Shown here: in pieces, positions 35,994 through 45,562 of the stretch | Layout of the letters: each line of letters starts with the position of its first letter | How positions within the stretch are numbered: position 1 is the stretch's first letter | From: Patescibacteria group bacterium | Lineage (GTDB): Bacteria; Patescibacteriota; Patescibacteriia; UBA9934 | DNA length: 64,000 nt | Direction of reading: 5' to 3' | NCBI GenBank assembly: GCA_049296775.1 | Contig: JBAQTB010000003.1 | Coordinates: forward strand, 140,766-204,765 | Made by a program: the position numbers and the translations under genes | Notes under the pieces: generated by a model | What the model saw: only the letters and a program-made list of their open reading frames with translations | Database searches by the model: none | What the model was told of the DNA's origin: nothing

Positions 35994-37457
35994 TTAGGTG
36001 CTTAGTAGCTTGATAGCTAGATTTATTCGCTGTATAGATGTTGCCTGTCCCAGCACCCACAAACACTCAAAGGGACTAGCCGATTTTTCACTGCCAGACA
36101 GCGCTACGCGCAACGGCCATAAAACGTTGCCATTACTTAGGCCGTTAGCTTCAATATACTCCTTCACCGCGGCCTCGAGAAGCACAGTCTGTGCAAAGGT
36201 TTCAGGGCTGAGGCCAGTGATAATCTTAAGGACACCATCTAGCTGCTGCAAGGCGTCGGCTGGAGTGGCCTTTTTCCAAACTAGAATCTCTTTCGGATAT
36301 TCTAGAGCTGTCAGATACGGTTGGATTTTAGCAGCGAATTCGTCGAGTCGATTAGTGCGTTGACGTTCGATAACCAAAGCTCTGATAAGTAGATCTTGAT
36401 CGGTGTTTGTGTCTAAAAATGGCGACACCAATTGAATCAGCTCTAATTCCGGTACTTGGTTCAGGTAATGGTGGTTAACCCAGTCGAGTTTTTCAGTGTT
36501 CATGACAGCTCCGCCTTTATTGACTTTGGAAAGGTCGAAGAGCTTAACTAATTCATCCCGACTAAAAATCTCTTGGTCAGAGGTGGGATTAAAGCCCAGG
36601 GTACTAATGAAGTTGATGATAGCTTCCGGTAAATAGCCCTTATTCAAGTAACCTTCGACAGAAACATCGCCCTTACGTTTGGAGAGCTTAGTGCGGTCCG
36701 GATTCAAAATAAGTGGGACGTGCGCGTAAACGGGCATTGGTAAGTTCAGCATGTTATGCAAAACGATCTGTTTGGGGGTTGAAGAGATCCACTCTTCCCC
36801 TCTTAGCACATGGCTAATTTTCATAAGGTGGTCGTCAATGACTACGGCCAAATGATAAGACGCAAAACCATCTGATTTGATGATGACCTGGTCATCGATA
36901 TCCGCCAAATTGAATTTAATCACGCCACGAATCGCATCTTCAAAAGCAACTTCGCCATCTGGAATCTTCATGCGAATCACATACCCCTCCCCTGCCCCTT
37001 GCCTGGCAGCCACGTCTTCAGCTGACAACTGCAAACATAAACGATCGTATTTGGGCGTTTGTTTGGCGGCTACTTGCGCCGCACGCATACTGTCTAGACG
37101 TTCACGCGTGCAGAAACACACGTACGCATGACCTTCGGCTACGAGTTTATCGGCGTAGGGCCGGTAAATGTCGAGTCGTTTGGATTGCACGTAAGGACCG
37201 TAATCACCCGTTTCGATAATCGAGCCGTCAGGCTGCAAGACTGGACCCTCGTCATAATCAATACCAAGTTTTTGAAAGGTCGAGAGTAAACTTTCTAGAG
37301 CACCCGGAACTAATCTGGCCTGATCTGTATCCTCAATTCTGACGATGAATTGCCCCCCACTTTGTCTGGCTAAAAAATAATCAAACATGACGGTACGTAA
37401 AGTGCCAATATGCATGTAGCCGGTGGGAGACGGGGCAATGCGGGTACGGATAGTCAT
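35994..37457 (-). CDS. gltX: Glutamyl-tRNA synthetase
   Basis: 'RIAPSPTGYMHIGTLRT' HIGH motif, 'KLSKRKG' KMSKS motif. Confidence 0.9.
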   Translation of the reverse strand: MTIRTRIAPSPTGYMHIGTLRTVMFDYFLARQSGGQFIVRIEDTDQARLVPGALESLLSTFQKLGIDYDEGPVLQPDGSIIETGDYGPYVQSKRLDIYRPYADKLVAEGHAYVCFCTRERLDSMRAAQVAAKQTPKYDRLCLQLSAEDVAARQGAGEGYVIRMKIPDGEVAFEDAIRGVIKFNLADIDDQVIIKSDGFASYHLAVVIDDHLMKISHVLRGEEWISSTPKQIVLHNMLNLPMPVYAHVPLILNPDRTKLSKRKGDVSVEGYLNKGYLPEAIINFISTLGFNPTSDQEIFSRDELVKLFDLSKVNKGGAVMNTEKLDWVNHHYLNQVPELELIQLVSPFLDTNTDQDLLIRALVIERQRTNRLDEFAAKIQPYLTALEYPKEILVWKKATPADALQQLDGVLKIITGLSPETFAQTVLLEAAVKEYIEANGLSNGNVLWPLRVALSGSEKSASPFECLWVLGQATSIQRINLAIKLLST

Positions 37458-37463
37458 ACTTGA

Positions 37464-38303
37464 TTAGGTACGTTTGAAATGATGATTGAGTTCAGAACTT
37501 ACTTGTCTCACAGCCTTGAAAATGCGTCCAGAGATCAGGGCCGTCCAGGCTACATACAGCGGGAAAGCTACCGTAGCCGCGAAAATCCGGCGCCAACGCC
37601 AGGGTTCCTGAATTAAACGCCACAGCCATTCAAAACCGAAGCGCTGCCAACTTTCCGGAGCACGTTTGGTGGCATTTGAGACATAGTCCGCGGCGCCACC
37701 AATCCCAATCAGAATTCTAGCACTTGGAATTTTGGTGCGTAAAATTTGCATCACGCGCTCCTGCTTCCCCTGCCCTAAGGCAACGGCGATAATGGCTGGT
37801 GCCATACGCTCAATGGATGACAGTGTCATTTCTGACAAACACACCTGATGTTCGTCAATAATCCCGGGGTCGAAAGTACTAACTTCCAGACCAGGAAAAC
37901 GTTCACGTAAATTTGCGGCTGCCCGGCCACTTTTGCGTGGTGAACCACCCAGAATCACCAAGCTCTTGTCCTTTTGCGCCGCAAGCTCGGCTAACAAAAG
38001 TAAAGTATCCGCTCCAGTGTGGCGATGTTGAAGTCGTTGATCAGTTAAGGCGGCTACCGCAAAACGTAAGCCCACGCCGTCAGGCAATGACAGATCCGCC
38101 TTCGCTAGCAAGTGTTTGAACTCAGGATCACGGCGGGCCGTCATGATGAATTCAGGATTGGGGGTGACAATGATTTTCGGGATTGGGCCGCCAAGCCATT
38201 GGCTGAGCTTGAAGCGCAAGCTTTCAGGCGTGAGATCGACAAAAGACACACCCAGCACGGTGTGTTTCACATCTTCAGTTTCAGCGGCAAGTAACCCTGA
38301 CAT
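37464..38303 (-). CDS. WecB/TagA/CpsF-family glycosyltransferase
   Basis: 279 aa matching the WecG/TagA fold ('GVGLRFAVAAL...LVILGGSPR...IGIGGAADYV'). Confidence 0.75.
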   Translation of the reverse strand: MSGLLAAETEDVKHTVLGVSFVDLTPESLRFKLSQWLGGPIPKIIVTPNPEFIMTARRDPEFKHLLAKADLSLPDGVGLRFAVAALTDQRLQHRHTGADTLLLLAELAAQKDKSLVILGGSPRKSGRAAANLRERFPGLEVSTFDPGIIDEHQVCLSEMTLSSIERMAPAIIAVALGQGKQERVMQILRTKIPSARILIGIGGAADYVSNATKRAPESWQRFGFEWLWRLIQEPWRWRRIFAATVAFPLYVAWTALISGRIFKAVRQVSSELNHHFKRT

Positions 38304-38304
38304 A

Positions 38305-38733
38305 TTAAAGACTCGATCGCTGACGCCAAATCAAGAAACTCAAAGTCGCACCGAGTAGATCGAAAAAAAGATCAGCCAAAGTGTCACCAACACCCATTTG
38401 TGCGATGAGTTCACGGTGACTAGCGACTACAGCGGTGTTGTCGGCGGCAAACTCATACCATTCCCAAGCAATACCCACTAAAGCCGTGCAGCCGATGATG
38501 CCAAGCCAGTAAATGACCACTTGCCAACGGGGATTGACATTACGGTTTAAGGTGACTTTTTTAATAGCGATCTCCCATAAACCTAAAGCCATGACTCCGA
38601 TAATGGCACCCCCAGCAATATGCATAGGAATATCAAACCATTTGTGCCAGGCGTACCAGCCCGTAAGGAGCACCCAGGCGTGAATACCTAACAAAAGCAC
38701 CCCAGCCAAAATTGCAGCTTTGAGTTTTGACAT
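38305..38733 (-). CDS. Hypothetical polytopic membrane protein (VanZ-like?)
   Basis: 142 aa, four hydrophobic segments. Confidence 0.4.
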   Translation of the reverse strand: MSKLKAAILAGVLLLGIHAWVLLTGWYAWHKWFDIPMHIAGGAIIGVMALGLWEIAIKKVTLNRNVNPRWQVVIYWLGIIGCTALVGIAWEWYEFAADNTAVVASHRELIAQMGVGDTLADLFFDLLGATLSFLIWRQRSSL

Positions 38734-38820
38734 AATAGTCAGCAGTATAGACTGATTGACTTTTTGCGTAAAGTCTGCTACTTTTTACTCGTCCAAGCCA
38801 CCTAAACCTAGGAGTTCTCC

Positions 38821-39060
38821 ATGCATGAGTTGACGAGTCTGTCTGCGAGAGACGTAATCTGGATGGGCCTTGCCACGGTACTGCTCTGGGGTTCCGGCGG
38901 CTTATTTCTATCGAAAACGCTGTCCATCTTGTTCCAGCGCTGGGCAGACCGCGCCGAACGCCCCGCCAGAAACGATCTTGAGCACAGCGACCATCTTCGG
39001 GCAGGAGGTGATCCGCCTGAATCCGCCAGTGAAGGGCATCAGTCAAGTGGTGATCGATAG
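38821..39060 (+). CDS. Small hypothetical membrane-anchored protein (79 aa)
   Basis: AGGAG 7 nt upstream of the ATG; one TM helix; followed by a plus-strand terminator. Confidence 0.3.
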   Translation: MHELTSLSARDVIWMGLATVLLWGSGGLFLSKTLSILFQRWADRAERPARNDLEHSDHLRAGGDPPESASEGHQSSGDR

Positions 39061-39110
39061 CAAGCTAGATAATCTCATCCGCGCCTGAGCGTGAACATCG
39101 GCAGCACCGT

Positions 39111-39146
39111 ACGTCGTCACTAGCACTAGTGACGACGTTTTAATTT
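39111..39146 (+). terminator. Rho-independent terminator
   Basis: Perfect 13-bp inverted repeat acgtcgtcactag-ca-ctagtgacgacgt followed by tttaattt. Confidence 0.55.
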
Positions 39147-39152
39147 GAGTAA

Positions 39153-39181
39153 TTGACACGGGCTAACTGGCACTCTATACT
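39153..39181 (+). promoter_or_regulatory. Sigma70-type promoter of clpB
   Basis: TTGACA (39153-39158), 17-nt spacer, TATACT (39176-39181). Confidence 0.45.
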
Positions 39182-39193
39182 TACGAGTGCTAA
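39167..39193 (+). promoter_or_regulatory. CIRCE-like inverted repeat (HrcA operator type) overlapping the clpB promoter
   Basis: ctGGCACTC-tatacttac-GAGTGCTAA against consensus TTAGCACTC-N9-GAGTGCTAA; right arm perfect, left arm 6/9, exact 9-nt spacer. Confidence 0.5.
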
Positions 39194-39269
39194 ACGCTCC
39201 TAGAACCTAATGTTAGCGCGAGCCTCTAAATACTAATGTCTAAAATCTAAAGTCTTTCTTGGTATCCCT

Positions 39270-41900
39270 ATGATTCCGAATAACTTCACCAGCAAGTCCC
39301 AGGAAGCCATTCAACATGCGCAATTTTTAGCGAATGAAAATGGTCAACAAGGCATTGAACCGATTCATTTGCTAGCAGCTCTAGTCGGCCAAGAGGAAGG
39401 TTTTGTGGTGTCAGTTTTGAAAAAACTTGAGATTAGTTTGCCAGGACTGCGCGGAGATATTGATAGAATTCTCGACTCCCTACCCCGCCACGCTAACCTG
39501 GGCAAAGGTGGCATTGGTCAGGTCATGCTAACACCGGCTCTAGCTACGGTTTTACAAGTTGCTTTGCAGAAAGCCAAACACTTTGGGGATGAATACATTT
39601 CTACCGAGCATCTATTTCTTGGGCTATTGTCTGATAGATACTTAAGTGATTTATTGAGCTTGCATGAGATTGGTGAAGAAGCGGTCTTTACTGCTTTGAA
39701 AGAACTCCGTGGAAGTCAAAAAGTTGATTCGCCAGAACCAGAGTCTAAGTACCAGGCGATTGAAAAGTACAGCTTGAATTTAACGGAGCGAGCGCGGCAC
39801 GGTAAGCTTGACCCGATTATTGGTCGGGATGAAGAGATTCGTCGGGTGATGCAGGTGCTAACGCGTAGGACTAAGAACAATCCAGTTTTGATTGGCGAAG
39901 CTGGCGTGGGTAAAACTTCAATTGTAGAAGGTTTGGCCCAGAGAATTATCGCTGGTGACGTGCCAGAAACGCTAAAAAATCGTGAAGTGGTCGCTTTGGA
40001 TTTGGGCGCCTTAATTGCGGGTACAAAATTCCGGGGTGAATTTGAGGAGCGTCTCAAGGCCGTGATTAGAGAAGTGCAGCAAGCTGATGGCAAGTACGTG
40101 CTGTTTATCGACGAGCTGCATATGCTCGTTGGCGCTGGCAAGGGCGATGAATCACCCATGGACGCTTCAAATTTACTCAAACCAGCTCTAGCCAGAGGCG
40201 AGTTGCGAGTAATCGGAGCTACGACTACCAAGGAATATCAAAAACATATTGAAAAAGATCAGGCGTTAGAACGCCGTTTCCAACCCATTTTTGTTGCAGA
40301 ACCAAACGTAGCGGATGCGATTGCGATGTTACGCGGCATCAAGGAACGGTATGAAATTCACCATGGAGTTAGAATTAGCGATGGTGCGATTATCGCGGCG
40401 GTTGAATTGTCACAACGCTATATTTCCGATCGACAACTGCCTGACAAAGCCGTGGACTTAATTGATGAAGCGGCGGCGGCTTTACGTTTACAGATCGACT
40501 CCCTACCAGAAGAGTTAGATCGCCTAAAACGTGAGCAGACCCGTTTGCAGATTGAGAAACAAGCTTTACTCAAAGAAGACGACAAGGATTCAAAGGCTCG
40601 TTTGAAAGAGATCGAGAAGGTTTTAGCAGATGTAGATGAACGTACTCGAGCACTGGAAATTCGCTGGAAAGGCGAAAAAGATCTGATTAGTAAGTTGAGA
40701 ACGATCAAAAGCGAGGTCGATAAATTAAGCAATGAAGCTGAGTATGAAGAGCGCCGTGGCAACTTAGAGCGTGTCGCTGAAATTCGTTATGGCCAGATTC
40801 CTACACAGCGTATTGAAGTTGGTAAATTAGAAGAAGAGTTGAAAAAATTCCAGGCTGAGCGTGGACTGTTGAAAGAAGTGATTACCGAAACGGAAATTGC
40901 CGATGTGGTCTCACGTTGGACCCATATTTCTGTATCTAAAATGCTAGAGCGCGAGATGGTGAAACTGGCCCGCATGGAAGATGAGCTCAAGAAAAGAGTC
41001 ATTGGCCAAGAACAGGCCATCAAAGCTGTGAGTAATGCTCTGCGCCGCTCTAGGGCCGGTGTGGCTGAAGATAAAAAACCGATCGGTTCGTTTATTTTCA
41101 TGGGACCAACGGGTGTGGGCAAGACAGAATTAGCTAAAGCTCTGGCTGAGTTCATGTTCAATGATGATAAAGCCTTGATTCGTCTGGACATGAGTGAGTA
41201 CATGGAGAAACATAGCGTCAGCAAAATGATCGGTTCCCCGCCGGGCTATGTGGGCTATGACGAAGGCGGTCAGCTAACCGAACGTATTCGCCGTCATCCG
41301 TACGCTGTGGTGCTCTTTGATGAGATTGAAAAGGCTCATCCTGATGTCTTCAATTCCCTCTTGCAAATTCTTGATGATGGCCGTTTAACCGACGCCAAGG
41401 GTCGCACCGTCAACTTCAAAAATACGATCATCATCATGACGAGCAACATTGGCTCAGATGTGATTTTGTCACAAGGCAAGGTCAACGGTATTGGCTTTGG
41501 CGAAGATGAACGTTCAGAATCAGTCATTACCAAAGAGAAACTGGATGAGTTACTGCGGGAGCATTTCCGCCCGGAATTCTTGAACCGGATTGATGACGTC
41601 ATGGTGTTTAATCCGCTTAAGCCAGAACAGATTGAAGATATTGTTGAACTTCAACTCAAGCTTGTGTCTGACCGATTGCGTGAACAGCGGTCTTTGACGA
41701 TCAAAGTTTCAGGCAAGGCTAAACAGCTCCTGTCTAAAAAGGGTTACGATGCCAGATTTGGCGCTCGTCCATTAAAACGTGTCATTCAAACCGATATTCT
41801 CGATGCCCTAGCTATGCAAATCGTCAGTGGCGAAGTCCCTGAAGACGCCACGGTGTTGGTAGATGTTAAAAAAGATGAAATTGAAGTCAAAGTTAAGTAA
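39270..41900 (+). CDS. clpB: Chaperone disaggregase ClpB
   Basis: Two AAA+ modules ('GEAGVGKTS'/'FIDELH', 'GPTGVGKTE'/'VLFDEIEKAH'), a long middle coiled-coil, 876 aa. Confidence 0.95.
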   Translation: MIPNNFTSKSQEAIQHAQFLANENGQQGIEPIHLLAALVGQEEGFVVSVLKKLEISLPGLRGDIDRILDSLPRHANLGKGGIGQVMLTPALATVLQVALQKAKHFGDEYISTEHLFLGLLSDRYLSDLLSLHEIGEEAVFTALKELRGSQKVDSPEPESKYQAIEKYSLNLTERARHGKLDPIIGRDEEIRRVMQVLTRRTKNNPVLIGEAGVGKTSIVEGLAQRIIAGDVPETLKNREVVALDLGALIAGTKFRGEFEERLKAVIREVQQADGKYVLFIDELHMLVGAGKGDESPMDASNLLKPALARGELRVIGATTTKEYQKHIEKDQALERRFQPIFVAEPNVADAIAMLRGIKERYEIHHGVRISDGAIIAAVELSQRYISDRQLPDKAVDLIDEAAAALRLQIDSLPEELDRLKREQTRLQIEKQALLKEDDKDSKARLKEIEKVLADVDERTRALEIRWKGEKDLISKLRTIKSEVDKLSNEAEYEERRGNLERVAEIRYGQIPTQRIEVGKLEEELKKFQAERGLLKEVITETEIADVVSRWTHISVSKMLEREMVKLARMEDELKKRVIGQEQAIKAVSNALRRSRAGVAEDKKPIGSFIFMGPTGVGKTELAKALAEFMFNDDKALIRLDMSEYMEKHSVSKMIGSPPGYVGYDEGGQLTERIRRHPYAVVLFDEIEKAHPDVFNSLLQILDDGRLTDAKGRTVNFKNTIIIMTSNIGSDVILSQGKVNGIGFGEDERSESVITKEKLDELLREHFRPEFLNRIDDVMVFNPLKPEQIEDIVELQLKLVSDRLREQRSLTIKVSGKAKQLLSKKGYDARFGARPLKRVIQTDILDALAMQIVSGEVPEDATVLVDVKKDEIEVKVK

Positions 41901-42200
41901 AAGATCGGCCCCGACAGCAAGGCTGTCGGGACCAGAAGCGGTAGCCGATCACTTGTACTCAGCCATACGACGTTCGACCGCTTGATCGAAATCCTCACGC
42001 GGTGACAGGTGTGCCACTTATTTCTCCCTCCAGGTGACGAGCCAGTCTCGCAAGGCTTTGCGTAGGTAGCCGTCTACTTCATCGACTCGTTTCTCGATCA
42101 TCCGAAATAGCACGACCCCAAGCAGCATCCCATTCATTATGGCGATGAAGTACAGGTGCAGTGGGAGTCGATGCACCTCATGACTCAAGAGACCCATCGT

Positions 42201-42389
42201 TCACCTCCGGATTCTGGCATGAACCAGCCAAGTTGCCATGGCGTGTCGAACAGTGACCATGAGTGTTCTCGTCGCACTACACCAATAGAATCTTTCCACG
42301 GCAGTTTGTTGCCATAGGGCAGCCCCAGGCCGCAGCATACCGATGATGCCTAATATAATACAGGCATCAAAAAAAGTAGAGATACTCAT
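42201..42389 (-). CDS. Small hypothetical protein (62 aa)
   Basis: GGAGGT six nt upstream of the ATG; N-terminal hydrophobic stretch; GC-rich. Confidence 0.3.
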   Translation of the reverse strand: MSISTFFDACIILGIIGMLRPGAALWQQTAVERFYWCSATRTLMVTVRHAMATWLVHARIRR

Positions 42390-42435
42390 CGCTTACCTCC
42401 GGTGAGAGCTTATCAAAAGTCTTTAAAAACGAAAA

Positions 42436-42455
42436 CCTCATCCGTGGGGATGAGG
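42436..42455 (-). terminator. Rho-independent terminator oriented on the minus strand
   Basis: cctcatcc-gtgg-ggatgagg hairpin; the minus-strand read is followed by ttttcgttttt. Confidence 0.5.
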
Positions 42456-42459
42456 TAGA

Positions 42460-42606
42460 AAGGAGGGCGGAACACGTCCAAGCACGATTAGCGCTCAGCA
42501 ACGAGTGCGAGCAGCCTATCGTAGCAAGTTTCACCAGGTACTGAGCTTAGGGGGAGCAGCTCTACCTGACTAACCTACACTCGGCTTGGACGTGAACCGC
42601 CTTTTG
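42460..42606 (+). ncRNA. Candidate signal recognition particle RNA (ffs/4.5S-like)
   Basis: 17-nt long-range complementary ends (42467-42483 with 42584-42600; near-perfect, with a 2-nt tt/aa mismatch in the middle) enclose 'GUUUCACCAGGUACUGAGCUUAGGGGGAGCAGCUC'; this resembles SRP domain IV 'GUUUACCAGGUCAGGUCCGGAAGGAAGCAGCC' in motif content and spacing; the helix is followed by CUUUUG. Confidence 0.3.
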
Positions 42607-42727
42607 GGCTTGTACTATCTAGTCATACGAGAGTGGTGATGCCGACATCACAAGCCCGCTCCAATGCCCACAGATTGCCATACCTTAGCCAAATTGTCAA
42701 GAAGTCCCCATCGCGATGACTAAAACC

Positions 42728-42756
42728 AAAAATGAGCCCCTGCGGCTCATTTTTGA
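42728..42756. terminator. Bidirectional hairpin terminator downstream of ppa
   Basis: aaaaa-tgagcccctgcggctca-ttttt. Confidence 0.65.
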
Positions 42757-42764
42757 TTTAGACC

Positions 42765-43274
42765 TTACTTCTTAGCATTTGCCATAGCCTCGGTGATGAG
42801 GCGTTTGGCTTCAATGGCGTCTTTCCAGCCTTCGATTTTGGTCTGCTTTTTCTCCAGAATTTTGTAGCTCTCAAAGAAGAATGAGATTTCGTTGCGAATA
42901 TGTTCAGGTACGTCGTTAAGATCGTTGATATGCTTGAAGCGAGGATCGTCCTTAGCGACAGCGAGGATTTTTTCATCTTCCCCCTTGTCATCACTCATGA
43001 TCAAGACGCCAATGGGGCGAACATCCACGGCCACGCCAGGGAAAAGTGGGTTAGTTACCATGACCAAGACGTCTAAAGGATCGCCGTCGCCACCGAGAGT
43101 TTCGGGGAAAAAGCCGTAATCGCAAGGGTAAAACATGGGAGCAAAGAGCACTCTGTCTAGCTTCACAATCCCCTGCTCTTTATCAAATTCGTACTTATTT
43201 TGACTACCGCGTGGGACTTCAATAATGGCCTGACAAACTTCCGGGGCCTGACTACCAATGGAGAGCGTAGACAT
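42765..43274 (-). CDS. ppa: Inorganic pyrophosphatase (family I)
   Basis: 'IIEVPRGSQNKYEFDKEQGIVKLDRVL...DGDPLDVLV' matches soluble PPase signatures; 169 aa. Confidence 0.9.
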   Translation of the reverse strand: MSTLSIGSQAPEVCQAIIEVPRGSQNKYEFDKEQGIVKLDRVLFAPMFYPCDYGFFPETLGGDGDPLDVLVMVTNPLFPGVAVDVRPIGVLIMSDDKGEDEKILAVAKDDPRFKHINDLNDVPEHIRNEISFFFESYKILEKKQTKIEGWKDAIEAKRLITEAMANAKK

Positions 43275-43381
43275 AAGGATAAGGTCGACTAAATTTAAAC
43301 TGGGCTAATTTACTCACCTAGAGTAGCGGAAACCACAAGATCTATCAACAGTCGGGCGAAATCTTGATATACTAGTGGAGT

Positions 43382-44746
43382 ATGAAACCACTTCTCACCC
43401 TAGCCTTGTTAACGGCTTTATTCTTGCCGCTCCAGACAGCCTTGGCTTTTGATCCTAATTACATTTTGTCTGATACTGAATTGCAAGATACTGACGCCAT
43501 GAATCTTGATCAAATTCAAGCATTCTTGAAGCGCGGCCACCTTGCAGATTTGGAAATCGAAGATCATGAGGGACGTATCAGAGATGCTGCTGAAATTATT
43601 TGGCGTGCGGCTAAAAATAATCAGATCAACCCTAAGTTTCTTTTAGTTCTCTTGCAAAAGGAACAGAGCCTAGTTGAAGATGACTCCCCTACTCAGAAAC
43701 AGTTAGATTGGGCGGCTGGCTATGCCGTGTGTGATGATTGCAGTATGAGTGATCCAACCTTGGCCCGCTGGAAAGGCTTTGGCAAACAAGTCAACTCAGC
43801 AGCAATGCAATTTACGGAAGGCTACTTGGCTGATATTGAAAAGTTCGGCAAGACGGCGGGTAAATATGGGCCCGGCGTAACCGTCAATATCGACGGCGAG
43901 AGTATTACGCCTCTCAATGCCGCCACGGCAGCCATGTACGCCTACACTCCACACTTGCACGGTAACGCCGTGTTTGTAGCGATTTGGAAGCGTTGGTTTG
44001 GTCGTGAATACCCTTCCGGCTCCTTGCTGCAAGCGGCAGGTGAAGATGGTGTGTGGCTCATTCAACACGGCTACAGACGCCCAATCAAGAGCGCTAGCGC
44101 CTTAGCGTCACGCTTTGACGCGGACCTGATTCTGACCGTGTCCCCTAGCGACTTGGAACAATTCCCGATTGGTACCGCTATCAACTTCCCCAATTACTCA
44201 TTACTGAAAGATGAAACTGGTCGAATCTACTTGTTGGTGGATGACTCCTTGAGATACATCGACTCCATGGAGACCTTTAGAAAAGTTGGCTTCTCAGAAG
44301 ATGAGCTGGTGAGCATTACTAGTGCCGAAGCTGCTGATTACGGCGTCGGTGAACCAATTACTCTAGAGACTTCACATCCACAAGGTTTACTCTTACAGCT
44401 CAAATCTACCGGCGCAGTGTTCTACATTGAGGACGGCATGCGTCATCCCATTCTGGACAAATCCGTACTCAACGCTCGTTTCCCTAACGCCACTTTAACA
44501 CCGGCGCTACCTGTAGACATTGAACAGTATCGCGAAGGCACGCCCGTGACTTTACCAGAAGGTTATTTAGTCAAATCAGAGACTGATCCCGCCGTGTACG
44601 TGATCTCAGAAGACAAGTTGCGCCTCATTCCAAGTGAATCCGTGTTCTTGGGTTACGGCTACGCCTGGAGCAACATCCACGTGGTGCCTGAATATATCTT
44701 GAACCTCCACCGCCTCGGCGACACGCTGTTAGACACCGCTGAATAA
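43382..44746 (+). CDS. Secreted hypothetical protein
   Basis: N-terminal signal peptide 'MKPLLTLALLTALFLPLQTALA'; 454 aa; no catalytic motif recognised. Confidence 0.5.
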   Translation: MKPLLTLALLTALFLPLQTALAFDPNYILSDTELQDTDAMNLDQIQAFLKRGHLADLEIEDHEGRIRDAAEIIWRAAKNNQINPKFLLVLLQKEQSLVEDDSPTQKQLDWAAGYAVCDDCSMSDPTLARWKGFGKQVNSAAMQFTEGYLADIEKFGKTAGKYGPGVTVNIDGESITPLNAATAAMYAYTPHLHGNAVFVAIWKRWFGREYPSGSLLQAAGEDGVWLIQHGYRRPIKSASALASRFDADLILTVSPSDLEQFPIGTAINFPNYSLLKDETGRIYLLVDDSLRYIDSMETFRKVGFSEDELVSITSAEAADYGVGEPITLETSHPQGLLLQLKSTGAVFYIEDGMRHPILDKSVLNARFPNATLTPALPVDIEQYREGTPVTLPEGYLVKSETDPAVYVISEDKLRLIPSESVFLGYGYAWSNIHVVPEYILNLHRLGDTLLDTAE

Positions 44747-44747
44747 T

Positions 44748-45536
44748 ATGTTGGTTTTTGCTGGCTTCACGCCAAGTTCGCCCTTGTTATTGCCCAGTAT
44801 CAATGAAGCTAAGCAAAGTGAGGTGCAGGATACCGCGGCGGCCTTTGAAGAGTTGGCAGAAGAACTCTACGCCAGTCATCCAGATACGCTGATAGTTTTA
44901 GCAGAAGCTAAAACCATGTATCCGGACGCTTTTTCCATCAACGTCGCTGATCCCTTTGTGGCGAGCTTGGCTGAATATGGTGATCTGGGTTATGCCGAAA
45001 AGTATCACCCTGATTTTGCGTTTATTGATAGGCTGCAACGTTTTGCTCGTAAAAATGATCTACCGGTGTCTTTATCTACCGACCACGAACTCGGTCCAGC
45101 CACAGCCGTACCTTTGGACATTTTGACCGACCACTTGCCACACGTGAAAATTGTCCCCATTGCCCCTAGTGACCTAGATGCCAAGGCACATTACAACATG
45201 GGCGTCACCATCAAGCACCTAATCCTGGAGAGTCAAAAGCGGGTGGCGATCATCGCCTCAGGTGACATGGCGCACACCTTATCAAAAACCGCTCCAGCTG
45301 GTTACCACAAAGACGGCAAGGCATTTGATGAAGCTATTTTAGCCATGCTCAAAGAACATAACGCTTCTGGTATTTTGCAGTTACCGGAAAAGCTGGTCAA
45401 AAATGCTCAGGATACGTCTTATCGTCAGCTATGTATGTTGATTGGGGTATTGGATGGCATGTACACCACCCCTACGATTCTGTCTTACGAAGCACCGTTT
45501 GGCGTTGGCTATTGTGTCGCAAATTTTGTACTCTAG
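44748..45536 (+). CDS. Class III extradiol dioxygenase-like (LigB/MEMO1/AmmeMemoRadiSam-B family) protein
   Basis: 262 aa; 'VAIIASGDMAHTLS' resembles the LigB-family His-containing motif. Confidence 0.35.
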   Translation: MLVFAGFTPSSPLLLPSINEAKQSEVQDTAAAFEELAEELYASHPDTLIVLAEAKTMYPDAFSINVADPFVASLAEYGDLGYAEKYHPDFAFIDRLQRFARKNDLPVSLSTDHELGPATAVPLDILTDHLPHVKIVPIAPSDLDAKAHYNMGVTIKHLILESQKRVAIIASGDMAHTLSKTAPAGYHKDGKAFDEAILAMLKEHNASGILQLPEKLVKNAQDTSYRQLCMLIGVLDGMYTTPTILSYEAPFGVGYCVANFVL

Positions 45537-45562
45537 AGCTAGAGACAACTAGCTGACTAGGT

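Noticed and set aside
38633-39046. 137-aa minus-strand ORF upstream of clpB
   Set aside because: It overlaps the better-supported plus-strand small ORF and the terminator/promoter/CIRCE elements, and it has an Arg/Trp-rich composition typical of an antisense frame.
42017-42197. A second small minus-strand ORF (MGLLS...) upstream of 42201..42389
   Set aside because: On re-translating carefully, the ATG-initiated frame hits a stop after 6 codons (ATG GGT CTC TTG AGT CAA TGA). The longer frame lacks a convincing start or RBS.
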